In this document: one piece after another, positions 57,401 to 64,000 of the stretch | Position numbering within the stretch: position 1 is the first letter of the stretch | How the letters are laid out: every line of letters begins with the position of its first letter | Notes under the pieces: generated by a model | What the model saw: the letters and a program-made list of their open reading frames with translations, nothing else | Databases searched by the model: none | Told to the model about the DNA's origin: nothing | NCBI RefSeq assembly: GCF_964204645.1 | Contig: NC_134030.1 | Coordinates: 7,979,122-8,043,121 of the forward strand | Direction of reading: 5' to 3' | Length of the DNA: 64,000 bases | Source: Tubulanus polymorphus | Taxonomy: Eukaryota > Animalia > Nemertea | Program-made: the position numbers and the translations under genes

Positions 57401-60400
57401 GTTCAACGATATCACTGTAAATCGGTCATACATTCAATTAATGCTTTCATAATCACCACAGTCAAATACAGATGAGATTTGTCAGATGAAATCCTAATAT
57501 ATCTAGTGAAATGATTTTCCTAAATTCGACAGCGTTTAATGGAAATAACTAATTTTCATATGGGCTTAAGCATTTGTGAACCCAACAATTAACAGTTATT
57601 TTTGTAAAGTTTATCACAACCCGTTTTTGCATAGTACGTGATATTTAAGTGTCAAACTCGTGTTTGCTCACTGAAGTGGCACTTGTAAATTATACTAGAA
57701 TTGTGTCAAAAGTTGCTGTCTATTTTGGCGCGTTTATTTTCCACTTAAGTGTAAACGTGTAATTCTGCATTCTACAAAACATTTTTAGGCTTACCGCTCG
57801 ATTGTTTCTATTCTAGTCTGTGGACAGACAAGACTACCCCGAGTTTGTTTGTATATTGATATTCGTACTGCTTCGCGAATCCTCCTCCGAAATAAAATAT
57901 TAAAAACATTAAGAAAATACTAACTCTGTAGGAAGAGGGGAGATAATATGTCATCGGTTATTTCTGTCCATAAATCGAGTCTAGTTGTTAGATATTCTCG
58001 GGATTGCTTCTCGTGACACGGGATTCGAGTTTCATGCGTCTATTAATTGTCGGAAAGCAGAAAACCGTAATCGCCGTTCGTAGATATATTTTACATAGTT
58101 TTCGTTGCGTAAGAATTACGTGTGCGATATTGTGTTGCTGCCCTTTCAAACCTATCATCCCTGTCGGGCTAAACGATGCCACTCTACTCAATTGCGCGTA
58201 ACACTTGCAAAAAGGTATACGGAAATCGATGAAATATCAGATTTTTAAACCGATATGATCATTCGCGAACGGTAAAAACTAGAGAAGAAAAAGCAGTGAC
58301 AGATAAGAAAGAGATACAGCGTAACACAACGGCGGTCTTTGTTACGCACGTTCAACATTTTCTTTGATTTTGTGCAGCGAGTATCATTTGGAAGCAATGT
58401 GCCCGCGGATGTCCCACGGTGAAGTGCTAGCTGAAAAACCACTTGAGTGGAAACCAGCAAGAGGAAAAACATCTCCGTCTCTTGGTATCTTTCGCCAGTA
58501 ATATAATAAAGAGGCTCCTACGCTATCGACGCTATCATATTACATGTACTAGTTTTCCAAAAAAGACGTTTTAATTGGACGAATTTAGACGCTATTTCTT
58601 AGCAACCTAACTACACAGTATACTATAGTGTGAACAGGGCACGGGAAATAACATTGGCGATCCCCCTACATTTGCAGTACTGCTCATTATCCAATTTCAC
58701 CGAGATCTGTTCAGTGTTCAACACTAAATCCACGGGAAAAAATAATCGTCGAAATTCCCTAAGTGAACTTTAGTATATGTGCTATATATCGTATACCAGC
58801 AATACTTAATGTACAAAAAACAAATACGGTCAATCTTTCAGCACGTCCGATCGTACCCCGGAGCAAGCCTCAAAACAAAATAAGAAACTATTCCTTAATC
58901 GAAATTAGAATTAAGAATAAAAAGATTTAGTAGCTAACTGGATAGTTTCAAACGTTTTCTGGCATGTAGCTAACTATATTGCTTTGCAACAATTCGAAGC
59001 CTCGAAAATAGTGACATATTTAGAAATTTTACCACGATCCAGGAGGCGTCATCTCCGATTGACGTACGCACGATTTGACTCCATCGAGTATGAAACGCAC
59101 CAGAAATCGAACCTTGAGTGATCTATATTTATAAAATGTCGTCGTGTATCCGAAAAACCGGGTTTCACTCGTAAGAATAATACGCGGCAAAGAGGGCAAA
59201 TATTTGATTGCCGTAGAAGAGAGAGAGAGAGATCGATCGATACGAGTTTCGCTTTCATTCGTTATGTCTGGTTGCTTTCTGTTTTACATATTTTCGCAAT
59301 TAAAACTATCGCAATGCAAAATTGAAACCTGATATAAGCATATGTACGTAGACAGATAGAGTATAGAATCGTCAATTTTTGGAAACCGAAAATTGATATT
59401 TTCTTGAGACGGACGAGCGAGAAGACACGATTAAAAGGTTTAAAGCTTGATGGAATATCGGATCGCGCCGAGTGCAATCGTTCGCATATATGCATATGTA
59501 TATTATCTACAGCAGTTATCATCAGCAGTATCTGCCCCATCAAAAAGAGTTTTAACAGTTTCTGTGGGATTTGATCGATACCTAACACTGTAGAAGTGCA
59601 CGCATCAATTGAAACTGTACTGTTTCTTGGGAGAAACATATTCCTCATACGCGATTTTTTTTTTGATTAGCCTCTTCAATACAACGACGACGGAGAACAA
59701 TTTTAAATTGCAAAACCACAAATGAGAATGATACAAAATGTCAAGTTTCTGATATCGAGGTAATGTACTGTATCTGGAGCTGTGGTTGAAATCGACTCCA
59801 TTTTCCAGGGCTTTTTTGGTGGAAAAGTTCGTGGATAGATGAGGTTTTTAACCTAATTAGCCTACTTAGCTCAACGCAATAGCTATCCGTGTAATAGATA
59901 AAATGATTCAAGCTTCAAAATGAATTCATACCATTACATTATTACGCTATGAATATAAGATTTTTGAAATAATTTTGTTGAGTAAATAGTATCCATAAGT
60001 TTGATTTTAGCATCTAGATTCTGATAAATCATGTGTATGAAATCGGATATCCATGATTCGAATATGATAATATAGGCCTATACTATAAATGGAAAACATG
60101 ATTGAGGCAGTTTATGGAAAAATCTCTGCGCAAATGTCATCAAAAACCTCATGTGCGAGTCCCTCAAAGCTATTTTGGTGTTGATGTCTTTTTTTGCTTT
60201 GGGAAAGATTCAAAATTGAAATTTTCAATTAGCACCAGAAGCCGTATGTAAGCCGATGCCAGATAAACCACGGACGCCGGGCCTCTTTCATGTGGTGGAT
60301 TACCCAGCAATCTTTTGTTAGATTAGTGGTTTAATCTTTAACGAATTAGCCATAATTACCCCCCGAGATATCAAGTGTAGATATCTCAATATTCATCGAA

Positions 60401-62487
60401 ATGACAACAAAGAATAGTCAGGGTGAGACCTGTTCAGGCGTTACTTTTTTGTGTCGATTCAATGAAAAATGGTCAGACATTATAGAACACTCTTTAAAAA
60501 CAATGTCTCGAACTTAAAACCGACGGAAAGTTGGCCTGAACTCCAAATTTAAGGTCGATTATCAAGGTCCGCCTTATAGAGAAAATAAGTCATGCGTTTT
60601 TAGTTCGGCGTGTGACTAATAGTATTGCATTATCAACATCAGAAAAATGTGTCGTAGTTCCTCCAAATAGTGAATCATTATGTGGTAACAGGTGGTTTTC
60701 CCAGGCGCAAATATAATGTTTAAGTATTTCTTGAACTTTCTGACTCGAATAGTAAAAGCGTCGCGTGTTTGTTTACGAAGCAATCGTGCTTCGTTCTAAG
60801 ATTATTAAAATAGTTTTCTATTGTTTGATATTATATGCCATATTCAATTATGCTGGATTCGGTGATTCTGCGGTATGCGCAATTGCCCGGTTTCAAACGG
60901 GATACAAGGTATAGTCAACGATTCGGGAAATCCTACTCGTCGATGAGATTTCTTCAAAATATCGCGCTCGTGACTTGTCACTTTTATTGTTAAACCCTAT
61001 ACAAAAGCTCGTGAATATACTTTCAAATGTAGCTGACTAATTGTAATCGGGAGAAGCTTTCATTGAAATCGTAAACAATGACGACTTTCCGAGAAAGTGG
61101 AGATGGCTTTTCAGACGGATATCGAGGAAACACCCAACGACGTCTTCCGCCATATCGTCCAGATGCTGGATCAGTTATGGTATGCGGAAATACTCTGTTC
61201 CACCACATCATTGATGACCACTGCTTGTACCATATTTTTATTAACAAAAATTCTGATCGTCGAGATTGTGTTTTCGTAATAAAACTAAAATGCCTAATAG
61301 AATATAATGTGTTCACATTGGTTTTCACAAAATGAAAGTTTTGCTAGACCATCTGCGTTACACATGTAATTCGGGGCACATTAACCTGACTGGTAAGGCA
61401 ACAGTTGTTTTTTGGAAATCTATCACCAACTTACCAAATAAAAGCGACAGGAACGAAATCGAAAATACGTATCGTGTGTATTTGCTTTAGATGAATAAAT
61501 AAATACTAAGAATGGCTGTTTAAGCTGTCCGGTTCCTTGGCCGTACAAGCAAAAGGAGACACGTAAATTCTAGTGTATCAACAACAGAGTGTATATTGCA
61601 AAACAGGTCGCATTTCGCTGCGTATTTTTACCAGGGATAATTTCTATCTAACTAATGCGATTAATATACGTAATCACCCACAACCCTCCCTATAGACGCT
61701 CCCGCAGCGTCAAAGTACTTATACACATGAACCGTACGCAACCGATATCCTTTATGGTTATCATCGAAATATTTTCTCTGCTAAAATTAAATCCTTACGT
61801 CGTAACCTGAACCATCTTTATTTTGTAACGTTGTATTGCGTGTGTATTATTTTATCAAGAGGGAAATCTCTATCAGGTCAACGACAATAGTTCTAGTGTG
61901 CAACCGGCTTTTTATCTTCATCGACATCATCATCGCATTCAATATATATACCGGTCCTCGGTGGCTCTTAAAATGGTTTTTCATATTTTCTATATATCCT
62001 AACAGTTATAGTCGCGTACGCGCCTATACAATATACATGATATATAATTATTCGACGATGTATCTTTATTGCACGGACGTCACAGGGCGTAACGAAATTG
62101 GAAAGCGAAACGGATTCACGGTGTTGGAAAATTTGTTGTTGTGAAATTTGTCACGTTCGTCGCATTAACACACGGCAATCCGACCAATTTTTACGTCAAT
62201 TTGTGCATCGATTCAATCGTAGTTTTCGAGTTTTTTTTGTCCAAATGTTCGTTATCTAAGGTTGACTAAGGAGTAATGCATGTGTATACTACATTTCAAA
62301 ATGGTGACAATGTTAATCAACCTAGAGGGTCACGTTCGTGTTAATGCGCATTAAATTTTCTAATTGTTGATATCACATAATCATTCATTTTAATTAAATC
62401 ATCTCACTTTCTTTCAATCGGAAAATTGTGATAAAATAAAAGAAGAAAACCGTGAAGATACTTACCAGAAATATGTACTGAGAACAT
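54442..62487 (-). CDS. Neuropeptide precursor, pleurin / ecdysis-triggering-hormone-related PRXamide (predicted mature peptide IFYTDSKENEYPRL-NH2)
   Basis: Exons 62487-62466 (MFSVHIS G|gtaagt), 55281-54973 and 54530-54442, all phase 1. The signal peptide ends ...LLVVSSSVHA and is followed directly by IFYTDSKENEYPRL-G-RR (amide donor + dibasic site). The xFYT...YPR[LIV]amide pattern matches molluscan pleurins as I recall them. The first exon is the least certain part. Confidence 0.8.
54586..54853. mobile_element. MITE family B in neuropeptide intron 2
   Basis: caggggtggatcca ... tggatccgccccgg, flanked by the direct repeat cgatt (candidate TSD). Confidence 0.7.
56370..56507. mobile_element. 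138-bp PIF/Harbinger-type MITE with CAG target duplication
   Basis: TIRs ggaccggttgcatagtcatggctta / taagtcacgactgtgcaactggccc; cag on both sides; internal taagacc repeats. Confidence 0.8.
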
Positions 62488-62799
62488 TTTGTAGTAATTG
62501 TAGTAAACTTGATGTCGGCGAAATCAAAGCGTTGAAATATGGCGATTTATATGACGGCAACTTTCTTTCCTTCTAAGACGATGTTTCGTAGATTTTTTGT
62601 TAGTTCCCAATTTGAGTTCTGCTATAGCTGATGCATAGTATCGCTTCACTTGCTCGCTGATGAATGAATTTTTATCGGTGCAGATCGGAGGCCGGCTGTT
62701 CTATGCGTCGATATCTTTCGGCAGATTTTCGAGGTTTTCCGGGATTCTAGGCGACAGGGACTATCGATACAAAAGATCAGGACAAGTTAAGTCACAAAC

Positions 62800-62863
62800 T
62801 TTATATCTGTAGTGGCTATTAATCTTGCGCGCGCGGCCAAGACGTATGACGGGCGCTGATTGG
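62800..62863 (-). promoter_or_regulatory. Putative core promoter of the neuropeptide gene (TATAAA, CCAAT, CRE half-site)
   Basis: Minus-strand TATAAA 62805-62800, CCAAT 62863-62859, TGACG 62847-62851; ~310 nt upstream of the proposed ATG. Confidence 0.45.
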
Positions 62864-64000
62864 AGCATCCAGTCGTTTCTAGGTGTATCTGCGTGGGATG
62901 TGCCGCGTGTATGACTAATTTTCCGTCGCTCTAACGAACGCAAAATCTTATAGACGACAATTACGACTAAGACGATCAAGAGAGACTTTCTTTCTTTCGA
63001 TCACAATTAAAATCAGTTTGTTCCAAGTCACAGGATCGGAAGTGACGATTTCGCCGCCACCTCTTGTAGCAGAAATTATCAGCTGAACTGCTGAGAGATT
63101 CTCGAGAACCGGAACACTTTTGTGGTGATTCTGATTTCTGATAATTTGTTCATTTGCTAATAACGCAACACCCTTTTAGCCTATGGCCTGGGCGTCGTCT
63201 AACCGAGTGACGCTTCGCTGACTCTTTTTGTACAAAAAAAAGCTATCTTATCCATAATTCAGCGTTCTTGGTGACAAAAAGATCCTCCTATCTTTCCCCA
63301 CGGATCTAAATATTGTCAAAACTTAATGCAGGTACTAGTGGCCACATACGCGCTGCTCAGGTATTCCCGTTGATATAAAAGAAATACACATTCATGTTAA
63401 GTATATTTCTAGTCGATTCTACTACTTGTTGAGGGCTGGAGAAGACGTTAAAAACTCAAAATCTACTTAACCCAACCGCGCACGGAACCGAAAAAACATT
63501 TTATGCCGTGTGCGGTGGGCTTTAGAAGGTAATAGAAGCACTTTCCATTGGTTTCTTTTGCAAAACCTTTCCAAATTCTAGATGTAACATGTATAAAGGA
63601 AAGAAATATAACTGAAAAAAGTAATATATTTTGATAATAGAAATAAAGGGGACAGGGGAAACATTTTTTTTCTATCAATGCAATCGATGAAAAGTATTCT
63701 TTATTGGCGGTGGCTTATTGAAGACTAGCCTGCATCATCGTCACAAAGTTCTAGTCCATCCACGAGTTGCCATGCAAACATCTATCTTAACAACCGAATC
63801 CGGTCTAATGAATAAATCAGAGTCATTTTCAGTGGACGTCTGTATATAGCCACTAATTATAAACTGGAATAACAATTAGCCGGCCAAAAAATCCCATGTA
63901 GCCTAATTCGTCTGTTGTTTACCGATGCATGCGCATGAAATGAGATGATTCGTAAGCCATCCGTAATCATATACGTCTAGGTTGTCATGAACCTTCGCAT

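Overview
Intron-rich, AT-rich animal genomic DNA. CpG looks undepleted by eye (not computed), and a pleurin-type neuropeptide points to a spiralian/lophotrochozoan invertebrate. I assembled five spliced genes by hand from GT-AG sites and reading-frame phase. (1) A turtle/IGSF9-family adhesion receptor on +, 6561-40025: signal peptide, 5 Ig, 2 FN3, TM and a poly-Pro tail, ~926-958 aa. (2) A secreted acidic double-WAP protein on +, 43203-44493, ~150 aa. (3) An 8-exon pirin on -, 45439-48702, 308 aa, with bacterial-style motifs. (4) A small type-I membrane protein on +, 51884-53106, ~177 aa, whose single EGF module has a 58-residue mucin-like loop between Cys3 and Cys4. (5) A neuropeptide precursor on -, 54442-62487, ~139 aa, predicted to release IFYTDSKENEYPRL-amide (pleurin/ETH-type PRXamide). 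The non-coding DNA holds decayed LINE fragments, several MITE families, three minimal hammerhead-ribozyme-like motifs (one in the sense strand of a pirin intron), and two perfect palindromes in which unique flanking DNA is copied inverted into a (TA)n tract. Most ORFs in the six-frame track are spurious. None of the gene models has been checked against transcripts.
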